NCBI GenBank assembly: GCA_965249555.1
Contig: OZ252243.1
Location: 224,001-288,000, forward strand
DNA: 64,000 nt
Source of the DNA: Nitrosopumilus sp.
GTDB lineage: Archaea > Thermoproteota > Nitrososphaeria > Nitrososphaerales > Nitrosopumilaceae
Direction of reading: 5' to 3'
Shown: piece by piece, positions 18,795 through 28,939 of the stretch
How positions within the stretch are numbered: the stretch's first letter is position 1
How the letters are laid out: every line of letters begins with the position of its first letter
The notes under the pieces: model-generated
Database searches by the model: none
What the model was told of the DNA's origin: nothing
The model's input: only the letters and a program-made list of their open reading frames with translations
Program-made: the position numbers and the translations under genes

Positions 18795-21700
18795 ATGAGC
18801 ATCACATTAAATGAACAACAAGCAAAGGCTGTAAACCATAAGGACAGTGCTCTCTTAGTAATTGCAGGACCAGGTAGTGGGAAAACTAGAGTAATAGTAG
18901 AAAGAGTTGAGTTTCTTACAAAAAATGGAATTCCTTCAGAGAATATCCTCTGTCTTACTTTTACGCACAAAGCTACAGGTGAGATGAAAGATAGATTAGA
19001 AAAAAAAGGAATTGTGGATGCAACTGTTTCTACATATCATTCATTTTGTAGAGATCTATGTGCAGAAAATGCAGAAGTTACGGGTTTAGGAAAAGGAACG
19101 AAGATAATTCCAAAATCAAGTATGTTAGTATGGTGTATGAAAAATACTGATTCATTTAATTTTGATCCAAATGTTATAGATTTTTCAGCAGATCATATTT
19201 CAGTTTACACTGCGATGCATGAAGGGATTTCTAATTTTAAAGAAGAGATGGTAACACCTGATGATTTAGAAAAGTGGCTTGATGCAGAACAAAAGAGTTT
19301 AGATGAATTATCTGATGGAGAAAAAACAAATAGAACAAATCGTAGAAGACAAGAATATGTCTTAAAACATCGTGAATTCAATAAAGTATATAGAAGATAT
19401 GTAGAATATGAAAAAGAAAAAATGTTAGTTGATTATGATGACATGATAAACAAAGCAATCACTCTATTGAAAACAAATAAGACAGTTTTAGAGGATTGTC
19501 ATGAAAAATACAAATACATTCTAGTTGATGAATTTCAAGATAATAATTTTGCACAATATGAATTACTGAAACTTCTCTCAAAGGATGGAAATGTTACTAC
19601 TGTGGGAGATGATGATCAATTAATTTACAGTTTTCAAGGTGCAGATTCAAACAACTTTACAAGTTTTGAAGAACATTTCAAGCCTGTAGAAAAAGTTTTT
19701 CTTGAAGAAAATTATCGTAGTACAAAATGCATTGTTGATACTGCAAAACTACTTCTTCCAAAAAGTACTAGTAAGAAATTATACTCTAATTTAGAGCAAG
19801 GCGAGCCGGTTCATATAGTTAGACCAAATGATGATAAGGCAGAACTTGGGTTTGTTCTGAGAACTATACAAAATTTGGTTGGAACAAAATTCACTCATAG
19901 AGAGAGAGGTGAAACTACAATACAGTACAAAGATTTTGCAATTTTATCAAGAAAAAAAGAAACAGGTGACAAGTTTGCACAAATTCTAAAGTCATACAAT
20001 ATTCCATCAACATATGTTGGAAATTACAATATTTTTTCTAGTCCTTTCATTCATGAACTAATAGACTATCTCAAAGCTACTAGTTCTCCTAGTACAAACG
20101 GCCAAATTTTATACAAAATTATGGTGATGAGAGGAATTGAAGATATTAACATTCAACTAATTTTAAAAGAAGCATACAAAATTGCAAGAAACATTACTCC
20201 TGGGAAATCAGATTATGTTTATGAAAAAATGAAAGGATGTAATTCATTTGAGATAAAACAAAAACCTGAAGTCATGGAAATTATAGAATTAATTGAAAAA
20301 CTCCGAGAAGAAATGTCAAAGACTAGTTTGATAGAGTTTTTACGTAAAGTAACTTATGAAATGACAGGAATATTTCAGAGATGTCTAAAGATGGAGACAT
20401 TAGAAAGTAGACGAAGTGTTGCAATTCTTAATGCATTTTATGAATCTGCTGTGGAGTTTTCTGATCTAAATCCTGATGCAGACATTAAGGAATTTCTAGA
20501 GCACATTAGTTTTCTTAACAAATTTGAATTAGATTTTGAAGAGGCAACTACAGATGATGATAGTGTACAAATAATGACTATGCACAAAAGTAAAGGAAAA
20601 GAATTTCCAATTGTATTTATCCCAGAAATTGTTGATAGACGATTCCCACATGATTATAGAAATAGGAAATATTTTCCTCCAGATGGTTTGATTAAAGGTA
20701 TAGACAAGGAAAGGCATTCTAAAGAAAAACACATCCAGGAAGAAAAAAGACTACTTTATGTGGCTATGAGTCGTGCCCAGAATCGGCTTTATGTGCTTGC
20801 ACCTATGAGTTATGGAGATGTTGATAAGAAAGTTTCAATGTTTTTGACACAGATTGGATATGACAAAAATCCTGAAATTATGAAGTCTTATGATTACAGA
20901 GGAGAAGGAACACTTCAGGATACATCAACTGGATTCATAGAACGAATTACAAAAGAGAAACAAAAAGCTGCATCTATTGCAATAGATCAAATGTCAATTA
21001 CTACTGCAGCACATAAACTAATTGAGCTTGCACGAATAAAATATTTTGAAGAACATAAAAAAGATGATCCTGAATGTAAAAACTTTGATGCAATAAAAGT
21101 CTTTGATATTGATTTATCTCAAGTTTCACTAGAAGAAGATCTTGGTGGCAAAATTGTACCAATGTTTAATGAAAATAATCTTACACTATCTGCATCAAGT
21201 CTTAATACATACCTGACATGTCCATATCAATTCCAATTAAATAGAATGCGTGTTCCTGGGCCAAATAAGATCTATTTTGATTTGGGTAAATCAGTTCATG
21301 GAGCTATACAAAAAATATCTGAAGATAAGATTAAAGGTAAAGCACCAACTGTTAATGAAGCTGAAAAAATTCTTGATAACAAATGGATTTTTAGAACATT
21401 TGAAAGTGGTCAACAAGAATCTACTGTGAAAGATATTGCAAAGGAAATGATTGAGAAATATGTAGAGATGGAGAAAGAAAATAAGAATGAAATTGTTGGA
21501 GTAGAAAAAGAATTTACAATAAAAAGAAAAAATGTTACTATTAATGGCACAATAGATAGAATAGAGAAAAATGATGAAGGGGAATTTGAATTATTTGACT
21601 ATAAGACTGGAAAGACTATGATGAAACCTGTAGAATTGGTTTCAGATGTACAACTAAATCTTTATGCTGCAGCTATGAAGGAGATTTCCAAATATGGGAA

Positions 21701-21902
21701 ACTTCCTGTAAAGGCCACTTTGGTGTACCTTAGAAAAGAACCTGTTTCTACTGCTATTTCAGAGATGAATGTTAATTTGGTTATGAATATTGTAGATGAG
21801 TCCATAGATGATATTTTAGAAGGGAAATTTGAGGCTACTCCATCCAATAACGCCTGTAGAAACTGTCCGTACAAGAATATGTGTGAGTTTGCAGAATGGT
21901 GA
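18795..21902 (+). CDS. UvrD/REP helicase fused to a PD-(D/E)XK nuclease with four Cys (AddA/AdnAB-like)
   Basis: AGPGSGKT, DEFQD, TMHKSKGKEF and EEKRLLYVAMSRA; nuclease motifs CPYQF, GTIDRI, DYKTG, QLNLY and CRNCPYKNMC. Confidence 0.93.
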   Translation: MSITLNEQQAKAVNHKDSALLVIAGPGSGKTRVIVERVEFLTKNGIPSENILCLTFTHKATGEMKDRLEKKGIVDATVSTYHSFCRDLCAENAEVTGLGKGTKIIPKSSMLVWCMKNTDSFNFDPNVIDFSADHISVYTAMHEGISNFKEEMVTPDDLEKWLDAEQKSLDELSDGEKTNRTNRRRQEYVLKHREFNKVYRRYVEYEKEKMLVDYDDMINKAITLLKTNKTVLEDCHEKYKYILVDEFQDNNFAQYELLKLLSKDGNVTTVGDDDQLIYSFQGADSNNFTSFEEHFKPVEKVFLEENYRSTKCIVDTAKLLLPKSTSKKLYSNLEQGEPVHIVRPNDDKAELGFVLRTIQNLVGTKFTHRERGETTIQYKDFAILSRKKETGDKFAQILKSYNIPSTYVGNYNIFSSPFIHELIDYLKATSSPSTNGQILYKIMVMRGIEDINIQLILKEAYKIARNITPGKSDYVYEKMKGCNSFEIKQKPEVMEIIELIEKLREEMSKTSLIEFLRKVTYEMTGIFQRCLKMETLESRRSVAILNAFYESAVEFSDLNPDADIKEFLEHISFLNKFELDFEEATTDDDSVQIMTMHKSKGKEFPIVFIPEIVDRRFPHDYRNRKYFPPDGLIKGIDKERHSKEKHIQEEKRLLYVAMSRAQNRLYVLAPMSYGDVDKKVSMFLTQIGYDKNPEIMKSYDYRGEGTLQDTSTGFIERITKEKQKAASIAIDQMSITTAAHKLIELARIKYFEEHKKDDPECKNFDAIKVFDIDLSQVSLEEDLGGKIVPMFNENNLTLSASSLNTYLTCPYQFQLNRMRVPGPNKIYFDLGKSVHGAIQKISEDKIKGKAPTVNEAEKILDNKWIFRTFESGQQESTVKDIAKEMIEKYVEMEKENKNEIVGVEKEFTIKRKNVTINGTIDRIEKNDEGEFELFDYKTGKTMMKPVELVSDVQLNLYAAAMKEISKYGKLPVKATLVYLRKEPVSTAISEMNVNLVMNIVDESIDDILEGKFEATPSNNACRNCPYKNMCEFAEW

Positions 21903-22224
21903 GAGATTCATTTAGTTCTAACGTTGGAACAAAAAACTTGGCATTCTATAGTGAGGATAAGATGGAAAAGAAAACTGGAACAATGGGAATAACGATCGTA
22001 TGTATCAAGCACTTTAGATGTATTCTATCATTTCAGAAAACATGTTCAATCCCCTAGTTGTATGATGATTTTTTCATGACCACAATCTGACATGTTTTAT
22101 ATGATGATTTAGTTGATCTTAGATCTTTTTGTGTAATGGTATTGATTTGTGCGTAAAGGTTGATACATACTAACGATCAAACTTAATACTGTGAAATTCA
22201 AACTAAATACCTCTAGGTGTAATC

Positions 22225-23625
22225 ATGAGTACTGAAGAAATTAATGAAAATGAAATACATGAAGATTCAAATAGAAAAAAATATTTTGAAGAGCTTTGGG
22301 AGAAAACTTCAACTGTACAAGTTACAGTAGATAATGAAACAGGACCAAAATATTTTGAAGTATTCTATAAATCAAATACCGAAATGGATCGTTTACCTGT
22401 AAAAGAAATTCCTATCGATATAGATAAAAACACAGGTCTTTGGTATAATCCTTTCAATTCAAGAATTTTAGCTTACAAACTAAGAAAAGAATCTGAATTA
22501 GAAAAAAGTGGAGATGACAGAAAATTATCTGCACAAATTAAAGAAGATAGAGAGTACATACAACAAGTATTACTTGAAAGTGCATTTTATTCAGGTAAAG
22601 CGACAGAAGATCTTGAAAAAGAATTAGAAGAGACAGGACAAATAGATCCTGCAATTATCTCTGCAGACGGAATAATTTGGAATGCAAATCGTAGAGTTGC
22701 CATTAGACAAAAATTATTTAAACAAACAGGAGATCCAAAGTGGAATACAGTAGAAGCTGTCAGATTACCAAGTCTGTCATTCAAACAGCTAAAGCAACTT
22801 GAACATCGTCTTCAAATGGCTAAAGAATTTAGAGAAGAATATGGTTCTGTGAATTTACGATTAAGATGTAGGCAAGCGACCAATCCCCCTGAAAATTGGA
22901 CGATGGCAGAATTACGAAATTCATTTCATTACAAATACTCTAAAGCGGATATAAAGAAATTCATTGAAGAGATTGATTTAATCGACGAATTTTTAGAATT
23001 TGCAAAAGCACCTTCAGATTATCCATTAATTGAACAAAAAGCCAAAGGCAGGGGGGTTGAAATTTTTACTGCATTAAATGATCAGATAAAATGGGAAACA
23101 GAACACTATACAAAGGAGGAAGATGAAGCAAATAGAGAGAACATAAAATATATAGGTTTTTCAATAATTCACAATAAAAACACAACTTACAAAGATGTTA
23201 GAAATTTTAGAAATATTTTACGAAAAGAGGTTACAAGAAAAGCTTTCTTAGAAAATTCCGTGATTTATAAAAACCCTACAGAATACATTATCACAACAGA
23301 TGACTCTGCACCTCTTGCATTAAAACCTGAAACAACTCAAGAAGAATATAATAATTTAGAGAAAGAGATGGCAGTTTACGAATCTCTGGAAAATACACCT
23401 ACTGAAGTTACTACAGAAGTACTGAAAAAATTATTGAGCATTGTTATGGATCGAATTGATTCTAAAGATGAAGAATTTAAAAAGAGTGCATTAGGTGTTG
23501 TTGAACGTATAGACACATTGATTTCTAAATGTGACTTTACGGAACAAGAGGCTAATAATTTTACTGTTATAATAAAAAATCTTGCAACAAAATTTGGTTA
23601 TGAATTAAAATCAAAATCATTATGA
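22225..23625 (+). CDS. ParB/Srx-like N-terminal domain protein
   Basis: GQIDPAIISADGIIWNANRRVA resembles the ParB GQ..P..I…G….GNRR motif. Confidence 0.7.
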   Translation: MSTEEINENEIHEDSNRKKYFEELWEKTSTVQVTVDNETGPKYFEVFYKSNTEMDRLPVKEIPIDIDKNTGLWYNPFNSRILAYKLRKESELEKSGDDRKLSAQIKEDREYIQQVLLESAFYSGKATEDLEKELEETGQIDPAIISADGIIWNANRRVAIRQKLFKQTGDPKWNTVEAVRLPSLSFKQLKQLEHRLQMAKEFREEYGSVNLRLRCRQATNPPENWTMAELRNSFHYKYSKADIKKFIEEIDLIDEFLEFAKAPSDYPLIEQKAKGRGVEIFTALNDQIKWETEHYTKEEDEANRENIKYIGFSIIHNKNTTYKDVRNFRNILRKEVTRKAFLENSVIYKNPTEYIITTDDSAPLALKPETTQEEYNNLEKEMAVYESLENTPTEVTTEVLKKLLSIVMDRIDSKDEEFKKSALGVVERIDTLISKCDFTEQEANNFTVIIKNLATKFGYELKSKSL

Positions 23626-25577
23626 TAAATATTTCTAAAAAAGAAGAGAGCCTAGAAATATCATCAAACTCAAATAACATTTTAGCACCAATTATAAAAA
23701 ATTGGTTGGTCAAAAATGGATTTTTAATAAATTCAGAGAAAAAATGTGTATTTTTTTCAGGAAAGATCAATGAACAATTTTTAAATAAAATTTATAAATT
23801 TCTCAATACATATGAAAAAGAAATTATTTTAGATTCATATTGTAAATCAGCACTAGAAAAAATTGAAAATGAAAGAAAAGATTACGCATCTTTAGTACAA
23901 CAAGCATTAAAAATTAAAAAATCAGTAAAAGAGATTAATTCATTTAAAGTTCCCAGAATGAAGGAGGGGTTAGAACTTAAATGGTATCAAAGAATGCCTG
24001 TATTACACGCAGTAACTTTAGAAAACTCTGCTAATTTCTCAGTTCCCGGATCAGGAAAAACATGGATGGCCTATTCAACTTTTTTTATGTTGAAAGAAAA
24101 AAATATTGTAAATAAACTTCTAGTTATTGCACCATTAGCAGCGTTTAAGCCATGGGAAATTGAATATAAAGAAATTACTGGTAACCGAGGTCATATAGAG
24201 AGACTAACTGGAACTCCACAAGAGAGAGATTTGAAGTTTAGAATGGTTAGTGGATATGAAATTTTTCTTGTAAATTATGCAATTGCAGGAATTGAAAATT
24301 TTATGTTACAACGTCTTTTACAAAATGATGATTTTTTAGTTGTTATTGATGAGTCTCACCATGTTAAGAACATTAATACAGATAGAACACAAAAGGTATT
24401 AGAATTAAGTAAATTTGCAAAACGAAGAATGATTTTAACTGGAACAATGATGCCAAAAGAATTGTTCGATATTTGGTCACAGTTTCAGTTCTTGTATCGA
24501 GAACATAATAGAGAATTGTTAGGAACTGCACCTTCTTTTGAAACAAGATCAAAAGAATTGGGGGCTATCCGTAAATATTCTGAAATACTCTCACCCTATT
24601 TTACACGAGTTTCAAAAAACATGCTTGGATTGCCAGAACCAGTTTTTAATCCAACCAATAAGGGGGATCCACATATTGTAAAAATGGGAGAAATTCAAAG
24701 AAGGATTTACAATGCTATTCGGGGTAGAATTAGAGGTGAAGTTTCTGATTTTAAAAATGATTCTTTCGCCTTAAGAGATTATGTTAAAAAGGCTATTATC
24801 TATTTAATAGAAATTTCCACAGATCCTTCATTGATAACGCATAACACTCAATTTGATACAGCAGAGTTAGAAACACTTCACATGGATGCATTAGATATGT
24901 TGGAGAAATATCCTAGATTGAAAGATGAACCTCATAGTAAATATAAAAAAGCAGTGAGTTTAGCACAAGATACTCTCAAAAACGGTGGTAAAGTCATTAT
25001 CTGGACAAATTTTATTACTTCAGTAAAAAAACTCAAAAAATATTTTAATGACGAAGGATACAATTGTGTTCTTATCTATGGAGCAATTCCAAAAGATGGA
25101 GAAGAAAATGCTAATTTTAATAGAGAATTAGAAATAGAGAAATTCAAGACAAACCCTGATTACAATGTTTTAATTGCAATTCCTGCATCATTAGCAGAAT
25201 CTGTTTCGTTACACAAAGAGTGTCATCATGCGATATATGTTGATAGAACTTACAATGGTGGTCATTATATTCAAAGTTTAGAACGAATTCATCGTGTAGG
25301 ACTAGATGAAAATGTAGAAACGCGATACGACATTATAGAAAGTGAAGATTCTATTGATCAAGAGATCGAGTTTAGCTTAAGATTGAAAAAAAGAAACATG
25401 GATGAATTTTTCAATAGTTCTGATTTAATAATACAGGATTTAGATTTAGAAGAAAGTTCAGATGAGGAAGAAAATTCAAGTGCTTATTCAAATCCAGTGG
25501 GAAATAAAAATGAATTTGAAAATGATCTAAGATCTATTTTAGATTACATTAACAAAAAAACATCTAATGATGAATAA
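23622..25577 (+). CDS. SNF2-family helicase/ATPase
   Basis: GSGKT, DESHH, LTGT, KVIIW, ESVSL and QSLERIHRVG; ATGA overlap with the upstream gene. Confidence 0.9.
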   Translation: MINISKKEESLEISSNSNNILAPIIKNWLVKNGFLINSEKKCVFFSGKINEQFLNKIYKFLNTYEKEIILDSYCKSALEKIENERKDYASLVQQALKIKKSVKEINSFKVPRMKEGLELKWYQRMPVLHAVTLENSANFSVPGSGKTWMAYSTFFMLKEKNIVNKLLVIAPLAAFKPWEIEYKEITGNRGHIERLTGTPQERDLKFRMVSGYEIFLVNYAIAGIENFMLQRLLQNDDFLVVIDESHHVKNINTDRTQKVLELSKFAKRRMILTGTMMPKELFDIWSQFQFLYREHNRELLGTAPSFETRSKELGAIRKYSEILSPYFTRVSKNMLGLPEPVFNPTNKGDPHIVKMGEIQRRIYNAIRGRIRGEVSDFKNDSFALRDYVKKAIIYLIEISTDPSLITHNTQFDTAELETLHMDALDMLEKYPRLKDEPHSKYKKAVSLAQDTLKNGGKVIIWTNFITSVKKLKKYFNDEGYNCVLIYGAIPKDGEENANFNRELEIEKFKTNPDYNVLIAIPASLAESVSLHKECHHAIYVDRTYNGGHYIQSLERIHRVGLDENVETRYDIIESEDSIDQEIEFSLRLKKRNMDEFFNSSDLIIQDLDLEESSDEEENSSAYSNPVGNKNEFENDLRSILDYINKKTSNDE

Positions 25578-26563
25578 TGGTAAATATTTTTGAAATTAAC
25601 AGATTGATATCTTGTCTTTACATACTGAAGAAAGATAATAATTTGGCTAAAAGAGATTATGTATTACAAAGATATTCAGATGAGTTTTTTATTGAACAAA
25701 ATTCTTTATTAGAAGATGTACTTGAAATTTCATTAAAACTTGAATTTATTCAAACATCCGATGAGTTCTTAAAACTTACTTCCATAGGGGAAGATTACAT
25801 AAAATTATCAAAAAATACATCAAATCCTTCAAAAAAACAGTTAATCTTTCTCGAAGATTTACTTACCAAATCATCATTTTTTTATAACGAGTTTAAAAAC
25901 CATTTTTCAAATTTTCGTGTTGATTACTCTGAGGAAATTCCAACTTATCGAACGATTAGAAGAAAATCTAAGGAACAAACAAACTCATTTGAAATATTTA
26001 AAAATATGAATATTTTTGATAGTGATGAAGATGGTTTTTTTATTCCAATTGAAAAAAATCACCTTGTTTCATTTCTAAAAAATAAAGAACATCTGAAAAA
26101 AACAAATTTTGAAGATATCAATAAAAAGAAAACTGAAATTGGAGAAATAGGTGAAAAACTTACATTAGATTATGAGTCAGAGCGATTAAAAAATTCTGAA
26201 GAGCATGTTCAAAGAATTACACAGATTAGTAAATTTGATGATGCCGCAGGTTTTGATATTAATTCATTTGAAGATATTACATCAAACAAATGGGATAGAA
26301 TGATTGAAGTAAAAGCAACAACCGATTCATATCCTCATTTTTATCTTAGCATGAATGAAATAGAAATTTCATCGTATTTGGAATCACAATATTGGATTTA
26401 TTTGTGGACAGATGTACTAAAAGAAAAACCAAAATTAATAAAAATTCAAGATCCTTTTAAAGAAATATTTCTAGAAAGTAAAATTAAACCAGAACCAACT
26501 TCATATTTTATTAATAAACATTTGATTCAAAGTCTCAATCAAGTTAAATCTACTAAGGTGTGA
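25577..26563 (+). CDS. DUF3883 (NOV-C)-type nuclease-domain protein
   Basis: GEIGE…E..RL, DDAAGFDI.SF, IEVKAT and F.LS.NE motifs. Confidence 0.82.
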   Translation: MVNIFEINRLISCLYILKKDNNLAKRDYVLQRYSDEFFIEQNSLLEDVLEISLKLEFIQTSDEFLKLTSIGEDYIKLSKNTSNPSKKQLIFLEDLLTKSSFFYNEFKNHFSNFRVDYSEEIPTYRTIRRKSKEQTNSFEIFKNMNIFDSDEDGFFIPIEKNHLVSFLKNKEHLKKTNFEDINKKKTEIGEIGEKLTLDYESERLKNSEEHVQRITQISKFDDAAGFDINSFEDITSNKWDRMIEVKATTDSYPHFYLSMNEIEISSYLESQYWIYLWTDVLKEKPKLIKIQDPFKEIFLESKIKPEPTSYFINKHLIQSLNQVKSTKV

Positions 26564-26570
26564 TATATTT

Positions 26571-27464
26571 ATGAAATTTTCTGGTACTGGTACATCATCT
26601 TTCAAAAAATTTAAGGAATATTATAAGAGTATGAGAAAAAAAGAACAGAAAGAAATTGGAATTAAATCTAGAAATTTGGCAGAAGAACTTATCAAAGAAT
26701 ATTTTAATTCAACAAAACCAAAAGAAAGTGAAAAAATTAAGAAACGATTAGAAAGGAAAAGGGTCTTTTCTTCTTGGGAACAACAAGTATTTGAAAAATT
26801 AAAAGAGAATAGGATAGAATTTAATAAAAAATTTAGAAAATTTCCAATTAAAATCAATGATAATCTTACTATAAATTATGAACCCGATTCTCTTTTAGAA
26901 AAATATGAGTTCGATGGAAAAGAAATTATCATTGAAGCACATGAAGAATTGACAAATGATGATATAGTAAAATATTCTACATTTATGAAAAACTATTTTT
27001 CCGTTTTTCATTTGATAATGATTGTAAATGAACATGAATTAAGGAAATGGAATGGTTTTGATTCATCAAATAGATTATTTAATGACATTTGGACCATAAA
27101 CGATCTAAAAGATCTAATCAATTGGATAAAAAGACAGAATATAAAAGAAGAAGATTTTGTTACACAAACAAAATGTCCCCACTGTACAACAACTGCAGTT
27201 GGTTCTAAACAAATTAACAGTTTTTTTGGATTCAGAAAGAAAAAAAATGGAGAGTCATTTCCTCAAGCTTTATGTAGAGAATGTAGAAGACTTCAATTAA
27301 AATTAGGAACAGATGGTTTGAAAGATTTTCTTGAACAATCTAGAAGAGAATTAGTTATAGAAGTTCAACGATTTTGTACTGGATGTGATAATTATTTTGA
27401 AACAAAAATTCCCGATGAGGCATTTTGTGTTGAATGTAATAAAAAATATTGGAATAAGGTATGA
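26571..27464 (+). CDS. PD-(D/E)XK-like nuclease with two C-terminal Zn ribbons
   Basis: SSWE…YEPD…IIIEAH; CPHC/CREC and CTGC/CVEC. Confidence 0.65.
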   Translation: MKFSGTGTSSFKKFKEYYKSMRKKEQKEIGIKSRNLAEELIKEYFNSTKPKESEKIKKRLERKRVFSSWEQQVFEKLKENRIEFNKKFRKFPIKINDNLTINYEPDSLLEKYEFDGKEIIIEAHEELTNDDIVKYSTFMKNYFSVFHLIMIVNEHELRKWNGFDSSNRLFNDIWTINDLKDLINWIKRQNIKEEDFVTQTKCPHCTTTAVGSKQINSFFGFRKKKNGESFPQALCRECRRLQLKLGTDGLKDFLEQSRRELVIEVQRFCTGCDNYFETKIPDEAFCVECNKKYWNKV

Positions 27465-27528
27465 TAAATCAAATTAAGAACTAATCAATGTTTGAAGATG
27501 ATTATAATGAATTAATTACAAAATATTT

Positions 27529-28096
27529 ATGAATACCAAATCTCCATTACGCTATCCTGGAGGAAAATCAAGAGTAGTAAAAACACTCTACAATTACATC
27601 TCTACAATTACATCTCTACAATTACATCCCTTCAGGCACAAAATCACTATGTTCACTATTCTTTGGAGGTGGATCTCTTGAGATTTACTGTGCACAGATG
27701 GGAATAAGGGTTTACGGATATGACTACTTTGAACCTCTTGTAGATTTTTGGCAGTGGTTACTAAAAGATCCAGCAAAATTAGCTGATGATGTAGCAAAAT
27801 ACAAACCTGTAAATTTTAGTGAACCTGAATTTAAGAAATTAAAGAAGAAGCATCCAAAGACTAAGAGTTCTTTTAAGAAAGCGGTTGAATTTTATGTTTT
27901 GAATAGAACATCACACTCTGGTAATCCAACCGCAGTTGGAATGGCAAAAAAATACACTAGACGAGAAAATGGAACAGTGAATGTAGATAAAAATCTAAAA
28001 CCAATCATCAAGAAAAAAGTTAATCAAGTAAATAATGAGAAACATAAAAATAAATTTAAAACAAGAAAAGATGCTTATCACTTCGAAAAACAATAA
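27529..28096 (+). pseudogene. Dam-like methyltransferase, frameshifted and lacking DPPY
   Basis: MNTKSPLRYPGGKSR, then FFGGGSLE…YGYDYFEPLVDFWQ…FYVLNRTSHSG in another frame; paralogue of 6357-7145. Confidence 0.85.
27586..27627 (+). repeat. 14-bp tandem repeat CTCTACAATTACAT x3
   Basis: Three identical units; a single unit restores the MTase frame. Confidence 0.95.
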
Positions 28097-28106
28097 TGGT
28101 AAAAAC

Positions 28107-28325
28107 TTAAACTTTTTTGTATGTAGAGTCACCGATTCGGTTTATCTCACCTTTCTTTTTCATATAATAGATGATACTGCGAATTTGATGTTTACTCACA
28201 GTAATTCCCAAGTTACTATCGCTCTCTTTTTGTGTTATACTATACAATTCATCTAAAGTTCTTGTTTCTTGTGAGAGAAAAGCACTTTTAACTAAATCAG
28301 CAACTTTTCTATCTTTCATTTTCAC
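28107..28325 (-). CDS. Small winged-helix protein (paralogue 1)
   Basis: TLDELY…KHQIRS.IY…INRIG.STY. Confidence 0.7.
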   Translation of the reverse strand: MKMKDRKVADLVKSAFLSQETRTLDELYSITQKESDSNLGITVSKHQIRSIIYYMKKKGEINRIGDSTYKKV

Positions 28326-28353
28326 TCGTTAATTTTTTCAAATAATAGATATA

Positions 28354-28566
28354 TTATTCAACCTTTTGATAAGTTGCAGTAGCAGAACGTTTTACCTTGT
28401 TGAATTGTTGAAGATTATAAAGTGCACTTCTAACTCTGTGTTTTCTAACAGGAAGATCCCATGTGAACTCTGAATTCTCCCCTATAATTTTATACAGTTC
28501 ATTTAAAGTAAGTTCATCTTTTGTTGATAATGCATCTAAAATTACATTATTTAATTTTGAGACCAT
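28354..28566 (-). CDS. Small winged-helix protein (paralogue 2)
   Basis: TLNELY…KHRVRSALY…VKRSA.ATY. Confidence 0.7.
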   Translation of the reverse strand: MVSKLNNVILDALSTKDELTLNELYKIIGENSEFTWDLPVRKHRVRSALYNLQQFNKVKRSATATYQKVE

Positions 28567-28596
28567 GATAAAATTCAGTATTTCTACATATTAAAA

Positions 28597-28824
28597 TCAT
28601 TTTTGATTATACTTGTATTTGCCTCTGGATATTCTTTTGAGAGTTCCTCTGTTTGTTTGAAGGTAAATCTTTTGTCTAATATTGTGACCTACAAATTTTC
28701 TTAATTCCGTGTTTTTGTTATCAGGGCAAAATCGTGCTAAAAGTTGGAGATATGTAACTACGCCTTTCTTTTGGATGTAATCCATGACTTCTTTAGTGGA
28801 AATCTTGGGTTTTCTGAAAACCAT
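28597..28824 (-). CDS. Small winged-helix protein (paralogue 3, more divergent)
   Basis: TYLQL…HNIRQKIY…LKRISRGKY. Confidence 0.65.
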   Translation of the reverse strand: MVFRKPKISTKEVMDYIQKKGVVTYLQLLARFCPDNKNTELRKFVGHNIRQKIYLQTNRGTLKRISRGKYKYNQK

Positions 28825-28864
28825 GTAAAATGTTGGGTTTTAGTGGTTTTTAGGATTATGAAAA

Positions 28865-28939
28865 AGGGCTCGGAGGGCTTCGATCCCTCGACCTAGCGGT
28901 TCGAAGCCGCTCGCACTATCCAGACTGTGCAACGAGTCC
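28865..28939 (-). tRNA. tRNA-Arg(UCG)
   Basis: GGACTCG..GCAC/GTGC..AGCGG CTTCGAA CCGCT..GAGGG ATCGAAG CCCTC CGAGCCC; A3:C70 mismatch; followed by a T-run. Confidence 0.93.

Noticed and set aside
21170-21902. Stand-alone Cas4
   Set aside because: The four-Cys PD-(D/E)XK domain is the C-terminus of the UvrD fusion and has no CRISPR context.
11315-28096. Complete dpd (7-deazaguanine) R-M system linking queE/queD to the ParB-SNF2 operon
   Set aside because: No dpdA/TGT, queC or folE is present, queD is truncated, and core genes separate the two segments.
16200-28860. Provirus or integrative conjugative element
   Set aside because: No integrase, capsid, packaging ATPase, primase or conjugation genes were recognised.
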